Shown: positions 19,243 through 28,624 of the stretch, piece after piece
Numbering within the stretch: the first letter of the stretch is position 1
Layout of the letters: every line of letters begins with the position of its first letter
NCBI GenBank assembly: GCA_044376115.1
Contig: JBILLK010000031.1
Span: 32,001 to 96,000, forward strand
Source of the DNA: Polyangiaceae bacterium
GTDB taxonomy: Bacteria; Myxococcota_A; Polyangia; Polyangiales; Polyangiaceae
DNA length: 64,000 nt
Direction: 5' to 3'
Made by a program: the position numbers and the translations under genes
Notes under the pieces: generated by a model
The model's input: only the letters and a program-made list of their open reading frames with translations
Database searches by the model: none
Told to the model about the DNA's origin: nothing

Positions 19243-19283
19243 GGCGCCACCCTAGTGGACTTACGACCGCGACGGTAGAAGCC

Positions 19284-20783
19284 TCACGCAGCCGAACGAC
19301 GCATCGCCTTGTTCATCCGCCGCCCGCTACCTTCGAGTCGGAAACATGAGACGGTGTCTTCGAGCGAGGCCGCTTGTCCCGAGAGCTGCTGCGCCGCGCT
19401 CGCCGATTGCTCGGCTGCCGCTGCTGCATGCTGCGTACCCTGCGTGAGTCCGTCCACCGATTGGGCGATTTGCTCGACGCCGCGCGTTTGCGCCAACGCG
19501 GCCTGCGCTACTGCCGCCATCAGTTCCTGCACCGACTGCACGCCGCGATGAATCTCCTCGAGGCCATCGTGCACCTCGCCCTGCGCTAGCACCCCGGCCT
19601 CTGCGCTATGGCGCGCTCCTTCGATGAGCCCAGCGGTGATTTTCGCCGCTTCGGCGCTCCGGATGGCAAGACTGCGGACCTCTTCGGCGACTACGGCAAA
19701 GCCTCGACCGGCGTCACCGGCGCGCGCCGCTTCCACCGCTGCGTTGAGCGCGAGCAGGTTGGTTTGGAAGGCGATTTCATCGATGGTCTTGACGATCTTC
19801 GCTGTCTCGTCGCTCGAGGTTTTGATCTTGCTGATGGCATCGCTAAGGCGCTGCATCGCGGTGAGGCCACGGGAGGCGGTCTGCGACGCTGACTCGACTC
19901 GCCGCTGGCCCTCGAGCGCGTTGCTCGAGGCTGAACGAGTTGCGCCGGTAATCCCCTCTAAAGAGGCGGATATATGCTGCAGTGAGCCGGCCTGCTCGGA
20001 AGCTGTCTTGGCGGTGGATTGGCTTCCGACAGTGACTTCGGAGGCGGCCGTTGCGACCTGTGCAGCGGCCTCTGTGACCTGGCTCAAGGTGCCACCCAGT
20101 TGTTCCATGGCGGTGTTGAACAACCCAGCGATCTCGTCCAAGCCGTTACCGCCGGTGGCTTCGAGGCGCGCGGTGAGGTCATTGCGGGCGACGCGGGAGA
20201 TTGCTTGGCCGATGGCTTGCGCAAATTGGTCGTGCTTGGCCTGGCGCTCGTCGACTCGACGCGCCTCCACTTCGCGTTGGGCGGCCAGCAACGAGTCGAG
20301 CAACAGCGCTGCATCCGCGTAGAGCAATCGACTCAATGCGTCCTGGAATCGCCACTGTTCGAGCTGGGATGCGCCTGCCGCCGCGACAGCTTGACCCCAG
20401 CCGCTGCGCACGGCCTCGTACCCAGCCAGCAGCGCAAATCCGTCGAGTTCAGCGGCCGCATAACGCCGGCCTGCCGCCCGGCGGGACTCGACCCAAGCGT
20501 CATCCAAGGCACCAGCGATGAGTGTCGATAGGTAGTACTCGAGGCTTGGCACGATGGTATCGGCGCGGCTGGCGCGCTGCCCACTCGTAGCGCGTGATAC
20601 CGCTTGCCCGAAGCGTTCTACGATCTTCCCGAGGGTTGCGCGACATGGCTCGCTCCAGGTCGAAACCACGCCCACGTCTTGCGGGACCAGACCAACGCCG
20701 ACGATCCTCTCAGCGAGCGCAGGGTCGGATATCGAGACCCGGCCTGACTTGTACACCCGCTCTGCGCGCGTGAAGAATCCCAT
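19284..20783 (-). CDS. Soluble methyl-accepting chemotaxis protein with a degenerate globin-like sensor
   Basis: [37 protein letters not shown] hairpin tip; no TM helix; protoglobin-like N-terminus. Confidence 0.88.
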   Translation of the reverse strand: MGFFTRAERVYKSGRVSISDPALAERIVGVGLVPQDVGVVSTWSEPCRATLGKIVERFGQAVSRATSGQRASRADTIVPSLEYYLSTLIAGALDDAWVESRRAAGRRYAAAELDGFALLAGYEAVRSGWGQAVAAAGASQLEQWRFQDALSRLLYADAALLLDSLLAAQREVEARRVDERQAKHDQFAQAIGQAISRVARNDLTARLEATGGNGLDEIAGLFNTAMEQLGGTLSQVTEAAAQVATAASEVTVGSQSTAKTASEQAGSLQHISASLEGITGATRSASSNALEGQRRVESASQTASRGLTAMQRLSDAISKIKTSSDETAKIVKTIDEIAFQTNLLALNAAVEAARAGDAGRGFAVVAEEVRSLAIRSAEAAKITAGLIEGARHSAEAGVLAQGEVHDGLEEIHRGVQSVQELMAAVAQAALAQTRGVEQIAQSVDGLTQGTQHAAAAAEQSASAAQQLSGQAASLEDTVSCFRLEGSGRRMNKAMRRSAA

Positions 20784-20847
20784 TGCCGGTTCTACGGCAC
20801 TTTCCGCAAGTGGTTAAGGCGTTGTGTTCCCACCGTGACGCAGAGTT

Positions 20848-22875
20848 GTGTTCTCTTTACGGGGCTCCGTGAATCTTCAACCTGACGTCCTCTCCATCCT
20901 CGATCGGCTCGCCCATCGCGTGTGGGTCTTCGATATCGACCGTGGACGCGTTCATTGGGCCAACCTGGCGGCGCTCGAGCTGTGGCGTGCTGACTCGCTC
21001 GAGGAGCTCACCGCCCGCGACATGGCGGCGGATATGTCGTACTCGGTCGCGAGCCGGTTGCGGCAGTATCAGGCCGACTTCGAGCGACACGAGGCTCGCT
21101 TCTCCGAAACCTGGACCCTGTATCCCAAAGGGGAGGCGACTACGGTCCGGGTGCTCTTAAGCGGGTACCGCCTTGCGGACGGCCGCATGGCGATGTTGTG
21201 CGAGGCGCTTTCGGATCACGCTGGTGAACCCGATACGCTGCGCAGCGCCGAGGCGCTGCTCCATACCTCGGTCATGATCACCTTGTATGAGCGAGGGGGA
21301 GGCGCTGCGCTCTACCGAAATCCAGCGGCCCGAGACACGGTGGCCGATCCCACCGAGACGTGTTCGAGCCACCTCGTTTCGCCAGAGGATCGGCTGCGCC
21401 TGTTCGCTGAGCTGGAGCGAGACGGACACGCGCGACAAGTGGTCTCGGTCAACACTGCGCGAGGTGAGGCCTGGCACGAGATATCGGCGCGCGCCTGTCG
21501 CGACGCTGTGTCGGGTAAAGAGGCCTGGCTCTTCAGCGAGATCGATCTCAGCGATCTGAAGAGGACGGAGGATCGCGCGCACTACTTGGCCCATCATGAC
21601 GCGCTCACGGGCTTGCCCAACCGCAGCTTTGTTTCTCGCCGCTTTCAAGAGCGATTGGACGCGGTGCGTACGGCAGGTGAGGAGGCCGCGCTGTTGTTCA
21701 TCGACCTCGACCACTTCAAGCACATCAATGATTCGCTCGGCCACGGCGTGGGGGATGAACTCTTGGTTCACACGGCGCGGTCGATCGGTGGGCTGCTGCG
21801 CGATGACGATCTGTTGGCGCGGCTCGGTGGTGATGAGTTCCTGGTCCTCGCGTCCGCGCCGGACGTGCGTACGTACATTGAAAGGTTGGCCAGAGCTGTG
21901 CTTGATACCGTGGCCGAGCCGGTGACGGTTCGCGGTAGCATGGTCAACGTGACCCCTTCGCTGGGTGTTTGCTTGTTCCCGGAAGACGGCGAGGACGTGG
22001 AGACGCTGCTGCGCCACGCAGACCTTGCGATGTCGCGGGCCAAAGAGCGCGGACGCAACCGCTTTGCGTACTTCTCGACCGAACTCAACGAGGCTGCCCA
22101 GCTGCGGCGCGCGCTCGAATCGGAGTTGAGAGGGGCGCTCGAACGGAAAGAGCTCGTTGTCTACTACCAGCCGCGCGTGCGGGTGAGCGACGGCCAGGTC
22201 GTCGGTGCGGAGGCGTTGGTTCGCTGGCAACACCCGCGCCGTGGCCTTGTTCCGCCCTCTGTGTTCATCCCCGTGTGCGAAGAAACGCGGCTGATCGGCG
22301 CGGTTGGGAGCTTCGTGTTGGAGGAGGCCGCAAAGCAGCAGCGCGCGTGGGCCGAGGCCGGTCTCGATCTGCGTATTTCGGTGAACCTCTCCCCCCGTCA
22401 GTTCGAGGAAACTGAGCTGGCGGAGCACCTGCTTGCGATCGTGCGCTCTGCAGGCGGCAATCCCGACCAACTCGAATTTGAGATCACCGAATCCCTTTTG
22501 TTGGGGAATGTCGCGCAAACGCTCGCGACGTTGCAGACTCTGCGCGCCGCCGGCTTCGCGATCGCGATCGATGATTTCGGGACGGGCTACTCGAGCCTCG
22601 CCTATCTCCACCGATACCCCATTACCTGTCTCAAGATCGACCGCTCCTTCATGACCCAAGTGGACGGCTCGGTGGCGATCACCGAGCTCATCTTGACCAT
22701 GACCAAGATGCTCAAGCTCGACGTCGTCGCCGAAGGAGTCGAGACGGAGGCGCAGCTCAGCTGGTTGAAGGAACGCCAGTGCATGGACTACCAAGGCTTT
22801 CTCTTCAGCCCGCCGTTACCCGTCGCTGAGTTCGAGGCGCGTATCGGTTGGCCTCCGAATGGGAAACGGCAATGA
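20848..22875 (+). CDS. PAS-like + GGDEF + EAL c-di-GMP enzyme
   Basis: HDALTGLPNR, RDDD-LLARL-GGDEF (I-site and A-site), AEALVRW, DDFGTGYSSL, LKIDRSF and AEGVE; alternative start at GTG 20869. Confidence 0.93.
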   Translation: MFSLRGSVNLQPDVLSILDRLAHRVWVFDIDRGRVHWANLAALELWRADSLEELTARDMAADMSYSVASRLRQYQADFERHEARFSETWTLYPKGEATTVRVLLSGYRLADGRMAMLCEALSDHAGEPDTLRSAEALLHTSVMITLYERGGGAALYRNPAARDTVADPTETCSSHLVSPEDRLRLFAELERDGHARQVVSVNTARGEAWHEISARACRDAVSGKEAWLFSEIDLSDLKRTEDRAHYLAHHDALTGLPNRSFVSRRFQERLDAVRTAGEEAALLFIDLDHFKHINDSLGHGVGDELLVHTARSIGGLLRDDDLLARLGGDEFLVLASAPDVRTYIERLARAVLDTVAEPVTVRGSMVNVTPSLGVCLFPEDGEDVETLLRHADLAMSRAKERGRNRFAYFSTELNEAAQLRRALESELRGALERKELVVYYQPRVRVSDGQVVGAEALVRWQHPRRGLVPPSVFIPVCEETRLIGAVGSFVLEEAAKQQRAWAEAGLDLRISVNLSPRQFEETELAEHLLAIVRSAGGNPDQLEFEITESLLLGNVAQTLATLQTLRAAGFAIAIDDFGTGYSSLAYLHRYPITCLKIDRSFMTQVDGSVAITELILTMTKMLKLDVVAEGVETEAQLSWLKERQCMDYQGFLFSPPLPVAEFEARIGWPPNGKRQ

Positions 22876-22881
22876 CGCAGG

Positions 22882-25398
22882 GTGGCCGGAGCCGAGTCCT
22901 TCTGTAATCTGCGGGCCTTGCTTCCGGAACGCCTTTTTGGACGAGACGCTGACCTCGAGAGCCTTACGGAGGTGGTTTCGGTCGAGCGCTTGGTGACGGT
23001 GCACGGCCCGCTCGGTGTTGGAAAGTCAGCGGTGCTGGCAGCTCTCTGCGCGGGCGCGGCTGAGCCCGTCGAGCGCTTCGACCTGACGCAAATGGAGCTG
23101 ACGTCGGTGCTTCCTGCGAACCTGCCGGAGCGAGGCTTGGCGGTGATCGACGGCGCGGAGTCGCAGCTCGAGTCCTTGCGTGCGCAGCTTGCGGTCTGGC
23201 AGCGTGAACGTCCGCTCGTCCGCTGGGTGGTGGGTTCACGGTGCGTCCTTGGCCTGGCGAGCGAACGGGTGTTCACGCTGACGCCGCTTTCAATGTCCGC
23301 CGCCCTGGAGCTCTTCCGCGATAGGTCCTCCAAGTTCGCTCCGTCGGCGGTGCTGGATTCAGCGGCAGAACAGCTGCTTGAGCGGCTCGATTGCTTGCCC
23401 TTGGCCATCGAGGTTGCAGCGGCACGCACCCGTCACGTTGCAGTGACCCAGCTACTCGAAGCTGAGGACGCGCTGCTCGAGCTCTTGCACGTGGGCGTGG
23501 TCAACGTGAAGCAGCGGCTCAGCTCGCACGTGGCGAGGCTGGGGGCGGAGGGCAGTGTCGTCTTGGCGGCGATTTCTTGGTTTCGAGGTGGCTTCCGTCT
23601 CGAGGCCGCGCTCGGGGTTCTCCCCGAGTTAAGCCGCGCCAAGGTCGTCGATGGCCTCTCGACGTTGATGGACTTCGGGCTATTGCTCGTCGACGAGTCA
23701 GACGTAGGCCGCCGTTATCGGTTGCTCGAGCTGGTGCGGCAGCTGGGCGTGGCTCAAGAGCGCCCTCACGGAGCGCGGCTCGTCGCGACCACCCTGCTAT
23801 CACGGATGCCTACGGCGAGCGTGGCCGAGCTGGCGCTGGAACAAGCCAATCTGCGTGCTGCCTATCAATCCTTGATCGCAGACGGCGAACTCGAGCACGC
23901 CTCCACGGTGGTGCTCGGCCTCAACCGCGCGTGGAAGCCGCTGGATCGCGCAGGCGAGCGCGTAGCGCTGCTGAGCGAGCTGCTCGAGAGGGCTGTTTCG
24001 GGGACGCTTTCGAGGCCTTCGCGCATTGACCTATTGCTGGCCCGTGCCGAAGCGCGGGGCCAGGCCCGCGACGCTAGCGGAGCCAGCGTGGACCGCGACA
24101 AGGCCTTGGCGCTTGCCCGTGAGCAGCCTGATGACCGGCTACGTCTCGGGCGGGCCTTGTGTGCGGTGGGCCGCCAACAGTGGCACGAGGGCCAGCTCGA
24201 TCAAGCCGAGGCGCACTACCGCGAAGCCCTCACGAACCTTGCAGACGGTGATGCCGAAGAGGAGATGCTCACCTGGAGCAACCTCGCCAATATCCATGTA
24301 GTAAGGGGCGCGCTCGAGCAGGCCCGGGCCGAATACGAGGCCGCCCTCATGGTGGCAGCGCGCAATGCGGTAGGCGGAGAAGCGCTCGGTCTCGTGTTTG
24401 GTAATCTGGGTAATCTGGAGCTGAATTTGGGCGAGACCTCGCTGGCCCTTTATCATCTTGAGGAGGCGGTCAAGCTGCTGCGCGCCGCCCATGCTTATCG
24501 CTATATCGTTCCCTTCCTCGGTACGACCTCGCGAATTGCGCTCTCTCAAGGGCGCTGGGATGAGGCACGCCTATTGGCAGAGGAGGCTCGCGTCGCCGAT
24601 AGTCGGTTAACCGATTGGCCGTGGCGCGGTGATTTGCACATGTTGCGCGGGGAGCTCTATGAAGCGGATAGCGACACCGCCGCGGCGCGCCGTGAGATGG
24701 AGGCAGGCGTCGAGGCGCTCCGGCTATTCGGCCACCCGCTGTTATGCGGGTTGGCCCTGGCGAAGCTCGCTCGTTTGGAGGCTCTCGCTGGGAGGGAGGT
24801 CGTCGCGCAGCGGCGTCTCGCAGAGGCCGCTGCGTGCCTCGGTGCCGAGCGACCACTGTGCGCGTTGGTTTCGCTGGTTCAGGCCCACCTCGACCTTCGG
24901 GCGGGCAAGCGAGACCTGGCCCTGCGCGCGGCCGATCAGGTCGAGGCCGACGCCGAACGCAGCTTTGAGGTGCGCTCTGCGCTGCAAACCCTACGCTCGC
25001 AGCGCGAAGCTGCGCCGCGCGAGCTCGCCCCGAATGGGCCGCCCGCGCCGCGTTCAAGCTCGCCCAACGAGGTCGCGGAACTTACGGTCGACTCGAATGG
25101 GCGCTGGTTCTCGATCCGCGGCGGAAAACGGGTCGAGTTCACCACCCGCAGAGCCCTCCGTTTGGTGCTGCTCGCGCTGGCCAAGGCGGCGGTGGAGTCT
25201 CCTGGCGAAGCGTTGTCGGTTGAGACGCTATTTGCGGTGGGATGGCCCGGAGAACGTGCACATCCCGAGGCCGCCCAGTCCAGAGTTTACAACGCTATTG
25301 CCGAACTCCGGCGCTCCGGCCTTCGTGAGCTGCTGGTTCGCCGTGATGACGGTTACCTGTTCGTAGCCTCGTCGGTGGCGAGCTCACTGGAGTCGTAG
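22882..25398 (+). CDS. STAND-type NTPase with TPR repeats and a C-terminal winged-helix DNA-binding domain
   Basis: LFGRD, GPLGVGKS (Walker A), VIDGAE, LDCLPLAIEVAAAR, TPR-like helices, and C-terminal LFAVGWPGE...RVYNAIAELRR..GY. Confidence 0.8.
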   Translation: MAGAESFCNLRALLPERLFGRDADLESLTEVVSVERLVTVHGPLGVGKSAVLAALCAGAAEPVERFDLTQMELTSVLPANLPERGLAVIDGAESQLESLRAQLAVWQRERPLVRWVVGSRCVLGLASERVFTLTPLSMSAALELFRDRSSKFAPSAVLDSAAEQLLERLDCLPLAIEVAAARTRHVAVTQLLEAEDALLELLHVGVVNVKQRLSSHVARLGAEGSVVLAAISWFRGGFRLEAALGVLPELSRAKVVDGLSTLMDFGLLLVDESDVGRRYRLLELVRQLGVAQERPHGARLVATTLLSRMPTASVAELALEQANLRAAYQSLIADGELEHASTVVLGLNRAWKPLDRAGERVALLSELLERAVSGTLSRPSRIDLLLARAEARGQARDASGASVDRDKALALAREQPDDRLRLGRALCAVGRQQWHEGQLDQAEAHYREALTNLADGDAEEEMLTWSNLANIHVVRGALEQARAEYEAALMVAARNAVGGEALGLVFGNLGNLELNLGETSLALYHLEEAVKLLRAAHAYRYIVPFLGTTSRIALSQGRWDEARLLAEEARVADSRLTDWPWRGDLHMLRGELYEADSDTAAARREMEAGVEALRLFGHPLLCGLALAKLARLEALAGREVVAQRRLAEAAACLGAERPLCALVSLVQAHLDLRAGKRDLALRAADQVEADAERSFEVRSALQTLRSQREAAPRELAPNGPPAPRSSSPNEVAELTVDSNGRWFSIRGGKRVEFTTRRALRLVLLALAKAAVESPGEALSVETLFAVGWPGERAHPEAAQSRVYNAIAELRRSGLRELLVRRDDGYLFVASSVASSLES

Positions 25399-27273
25399 AC
25401 AGGTGCCCTCGGCATCGTCATTCAGGAAGCCGCCGAGCCGGCCAAGCCAATAGCCGATTAGGTAGTCATGCCCCGGGTAGGTCTGCTTGTTGTTGCCGGT
25501 GTCAGACCGCTTCCAAGGGTTGGAGTGCCACGTAAGGAAGTAAACGGGGCGTGAGTCGACATCCACCGGGCTCGAGGAGCAGCTCCCCGAGCGAGCGAGG
25601 CGAATCCGCGGGGGCGCATCGAATTGCTCGATTTGATCCTGCGCCTCACTCAGCGGACCGCTCTCCAAACCGCCGCTGACGCGGCCATAGCCAAAGCTGA
25701 AGAAGCTGTTCTTATGCCCTCCGAGATCGCTCCACACCGGAGCCAAACCCTCGGTTAGCAGCTTGTTGCGGAGCGCTGGTTCCGTCTCCAACAGGCCCCA
25801 GGTGTAAGCGCCGATGAAGCCGATGTGAGCGCCAAAGTAGGTCGCTTCGCAATCTTGCTCATGGTCGGACCAATTCGACGCGAGCTCGACCCAATCGTTG
25901 CCATTGCCCCAGTCATCGTCATTCTCGAGCAGCAGCTGCGAGATCGCAGCGCGCTCCTCCTCGTAGCCCGCGACGCCTTCGGTGACGTGAAGAGCGGCTC
26001 GCATCGCCCCCCCGGCCATCAAAGCGCTCGAGGCGCGCGGCACGTCGGGCACGCTGGAGAACTGCGACCATTGACGGAAGAACACCGAGGGGTTGGGCAT
26101 CATCTCCTGGCCGCCGCGGATCGCCCCGCCGGAGATATCGTTGAAGTCGACGCTGATCTCTACCGCACCGTCCACCATGTCGGCCGGCTCAGGAATGAAG
26201 AAGCGCGCTTCGCGCATAGCCACTGGGAGAGCGAAGCCGTTCACCACGAGACGGACCGGCAACGTGCGCTTTCGCGCCAATTCGACGGCAAAGGGGACGA
26301 GCGAATCGCGGATTAGCTGACGGTGCTCTTCGTCGTAGGAGCTGAGCGAGTCGTAGGCTGCGGTCAGCCCAAGCAGCGGCCCCATGTACATGTCGCGACT
26401 CGGGTCACCCACGTAGTCCCAGGTTTGACCTGCGTACTCAACGTCGCAATGCCGGTCGAAGGCGTTGCAGTCCCAGTTCGTCCACTCTTTGTGGTCGTTG
26501 TCACTCGAAGGGAACATGCTGGTCGCCAGGTTGCCTGGGTCCCCGGAGATGTGGAACAAGCCGTCGAAGCGCTCGACCAGGCGCTTGACGTTGTTTCGGG
26601 CGTCCGCTGAACCAGTGGCTGCGAGCTTGAAGGATTCGGCCGCAAGGTAGATGCCAGTGTGGAGGGCGGAGTCGCCGATGTAGATCGAGTCCACGTCGGT
26701 CAGACTGGAGGTCGAGTATTTCACGCTGACGATTTGGTCGTAAAAGAGGCTGCTGGTCTGATCGTGAATCCAGCGCTCGAACAGCCGAGCTCGACCGTGG
26801 GTTCCGCTGGCTTGAACCTCGACGAAGCTATCGCTGGCGACGTCATACAAAGCGCAACCGGCTTGCCCCGCACGGCACTCATCGGAACAGGCGTTGGGGG
26901 TACAAACGCCCGCCACGCAGCCGAGGCCAGCGGCGCAGCTCTCCTCGAGCCAGCTGGTCTCGCCACCTTCGACGCTGCATACGGCGCGCGTGTTCCAGCC
27001 GGTGCATACGGGCGCTGCTGCCTCACAGCTGCCTGACGCTCCACCGCCGGTGCCTGGCGTTCCGCCGGTGCCGGAGCTGCCGGCTGCGCCAGCGCCCATC
27101 GAGGTTCCGGCGCCAGCTGCGCCAGCTCCCTCTCCGAGCCCGCTACCGCCTGTCCCGTCCCCGGCCGTTCCACCGGTGTTGGTGCCTGCGCCAGAGCCAG
27201 GACCTTCAGGGTTGGCGTTGGAGCAAGCGGGCAGGGCGATTAGGGCGGTCAACAGGAAGCGGCGCAACAGCAT
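25384..27273 (-). CDS. Lipoprotein with a Gly-rich linker, Cys-rich module and large helical domain of unknown function
   Basis: Lipobox LPAC; GDSALHTG and SRDMYMG motifs. Confidence 0.7.
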   Translation of the reverse strand: MLLRRFLLTALIALPACSNANPEGPGSGAGTNTGGTAGDGTGGSGLGEGAGAAGAGTSMGAGAAGSSGTGGTPGTGGGASGSCEAAAPVCTGWNTRAVCSVEGGETSWLEESCAAGLGCVAGVCTPNACSDECRAGQAGCALYDVASDSFVEVQASGTHGRARLFERWIHDQTSSLFYDQIVSVKYSTSSLTDVDSIYIGDSALHTGIYLAAESFKLAATGSADARNNVKRLVERFDGLFHISGDPGNLATSMFPSSDNDHKEWTNWDCNAFDRHCDVEYAGQTWDYVGDPSRDMYMGPLLGLTAAYDSLSSYDEEHRQLIRDSLVPFAVELARKRTLPVRLVVNGFALPVAMREARFFIPEPADMVDGAVEISVDFNDISGGAIRGGQEMMPNPSVFFRQWSQFSSVPDVPRASSALMAGGAMRAALHVTEGVAGYEEERAAISQLLLENDDDWGNGNDWVELASNWSDHEQDCEATYFGAHIGFIGAYTWGLLETEPALRNKLLTEGLAPVWSDLGGHKNSFFSFGYGRVSGGLESGPLSEAQDQIEQFDAPPRIRLARSGSCSSSPVDVDSRPVYFLTWHSNPWKRSDTGNNKQTYPGHDYLIGYWLGRLGGFLNDDAEGTCLRLQ

Positions 27274-27307
27274 GGTTTTGCCGTAGATCCGCCTGCTGCT
27301 CGGTGGG

Positions 27308-27325
27308 TCTGAAAGAATCTGAAAG
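27308..27325 (-). promoter_or_regulatory. Direct repeat TCTGAAAG-AA-TCTGAAAG (10-bp period), candidate winged-helix regulator site
   Basis: Two exact AT-rich 8-mers 35-52 bp upstream of ATG 27273. Confidence 0.5.
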
Positions 27326-27365
27326 CTGCGTCCGCCTCGGCGGCGCCGTCCCTCAGGGCGTGAGC

Positions 27366-28499
27366 TCAGCGCGGCTGCTTATCGAACGCGATGCGTGAGC
27401 TGAACGCGGCCGCCGAGCGGACCTTGTCGGTCCCGGGCAGACTCACAGGGTCCACGCGGACGAGGAAAGGCTGATAACCGGTGGCGATCAGGTTGAAGAA
27501 CGCGACCCCTGCCGCAGGATCGACGATGCCGTCGGAGTAGCGCTCAAAGATCCGCGTGCGGACGAGCTCCGTCTCCTCCTCGAGATAGAGTGAGAGGCTC
27601 GTGAGCTTGTTGTCTTCGAAGTAGCCTCCCGCGGCGACGACCTTGCCTTGCTCGAAAGGTTTGGGCGTACCGCTGCAGCGTGAGATCGCGCCTGTGTCGA
27701 CGAGTCTGCGCGCGTCGGGCGGCTCTTTCGACCAATCGAACTTGTCTACCTGGTGCTTCGCCGTGCGGCAGGCCTCGGCAAAGTCCGCGCGGCTCTGCCC
27801 GAACTCGAAGCCAGCGATAGCCGTCCAAGCCTCAGCTGGCGGCCCGAGCACCTCGCTCAATGAGCGGCGCGGCTCGTCGTCGATCTTGGCGTTCCGCAGG
27901 AGCGGCTCACAGAATGACGGCGCATCGGCGATGCACTGCGCGTTCAGGGTGACGAGCCGATTGGCCTTGGACATGAACACCACAGCTCGTGCCTCGAGCA
28001 CAGCGCGGCGTTCGCCGGAGCCCAGGGTGACGCGGCTCAACACGTCGAGCCGATCATTTTCGTATTTGGGTTCGAATAGAATCTCGGTCGCGCCTTGCAG
28101 GGTCATTTCGAGGCGCAACGCCGCCGCCGCGTATTCGAGCGCCTCGCGAACCGTCCCTCGTAGGGCCGCTGGGTCTTCGGGCAGATCGAACCGCAGCACG
28201 TACGCTGTGCCATCCTTCATCCCTGTCGGTGCTCGCCGTGCATCGACGACAACGGTCGACTTGGGTTCGCGCGCAGCTACAGCTGCACGGATCCGCTCTT
28301 GTTTCGGTGCTTCGAGCGGAACGAAAGAGGCAGGAAGCTCCATTGAGATTCCCGCGACCTTCACGACCTGTGCGGCCTCGGTCGAGACCGAGGAGGTTGG
28401 ACTGGCGCTGAGCGATTCGCCTGCGGGTGCAGGCTCCGTGGCCCTCTCCGAGCCACAACCGAAACACCACAAGACACAGGCCAGCATTGAGCGAAGCAC
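27366..28499 (-). CDS. Hypothetical lipoprotein
   Basis: 377-aa ORF with a short signal ending in CFGC and a Pro/Ser linker. Confidence 0.65.
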   Translation of the reverse strand: MLRSMLACVLWCFGCGSERATEPAPAGESLSASPTSSVSTEAAQVVKVAGISMELPASFVPLEAPKQERIRAAVAAREPKSTVVVDARRAPTGMKDGTAYVLRFDLPEDPAALRGTVREALEYAAAALRLEMTLQGATEILFEPKYENDRLDVLSRVTLGSGERRAVLEARAVVFMSKANRLVTLNAQCIADAPSFCEPLLRNAKIDDEPRRSLSEVLGPPAEAWTAIAGFEFGQSRADFAEACRTAKHQVDKFDWSKEPPDARRLVDTGAISRCSGTPKPFEQGKVVAAGGYFEDNKLTSLSLYLEEETELVRTRIFERYSDGIVDPAAGVAFFNLIATGYQPFLVRVDPVSLPGTDKVRSAAAFSSRIAFDKQPR

Positions 28500-28624
28500 G
28501 TTGACCCCTTATCACTTCGCGCGTCGCGCCTGGGTACTCGAGTTCCCGGGCGTGGTTTCGCTTCGAAAGAAGTTGGTACTCAAAGGCGTTGACGCGCTCG
28601 CCTGGCGCGATTGAGCATCTCTCG

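Noticed and set aside
22882..25398. STAND NTPase as an Avs-like antiphage system
   Set aside because: There is no nuclease, TIR, SIR2 or protease effector and no defence-island context. The C-terminal winged helix points to a transcription regulator.
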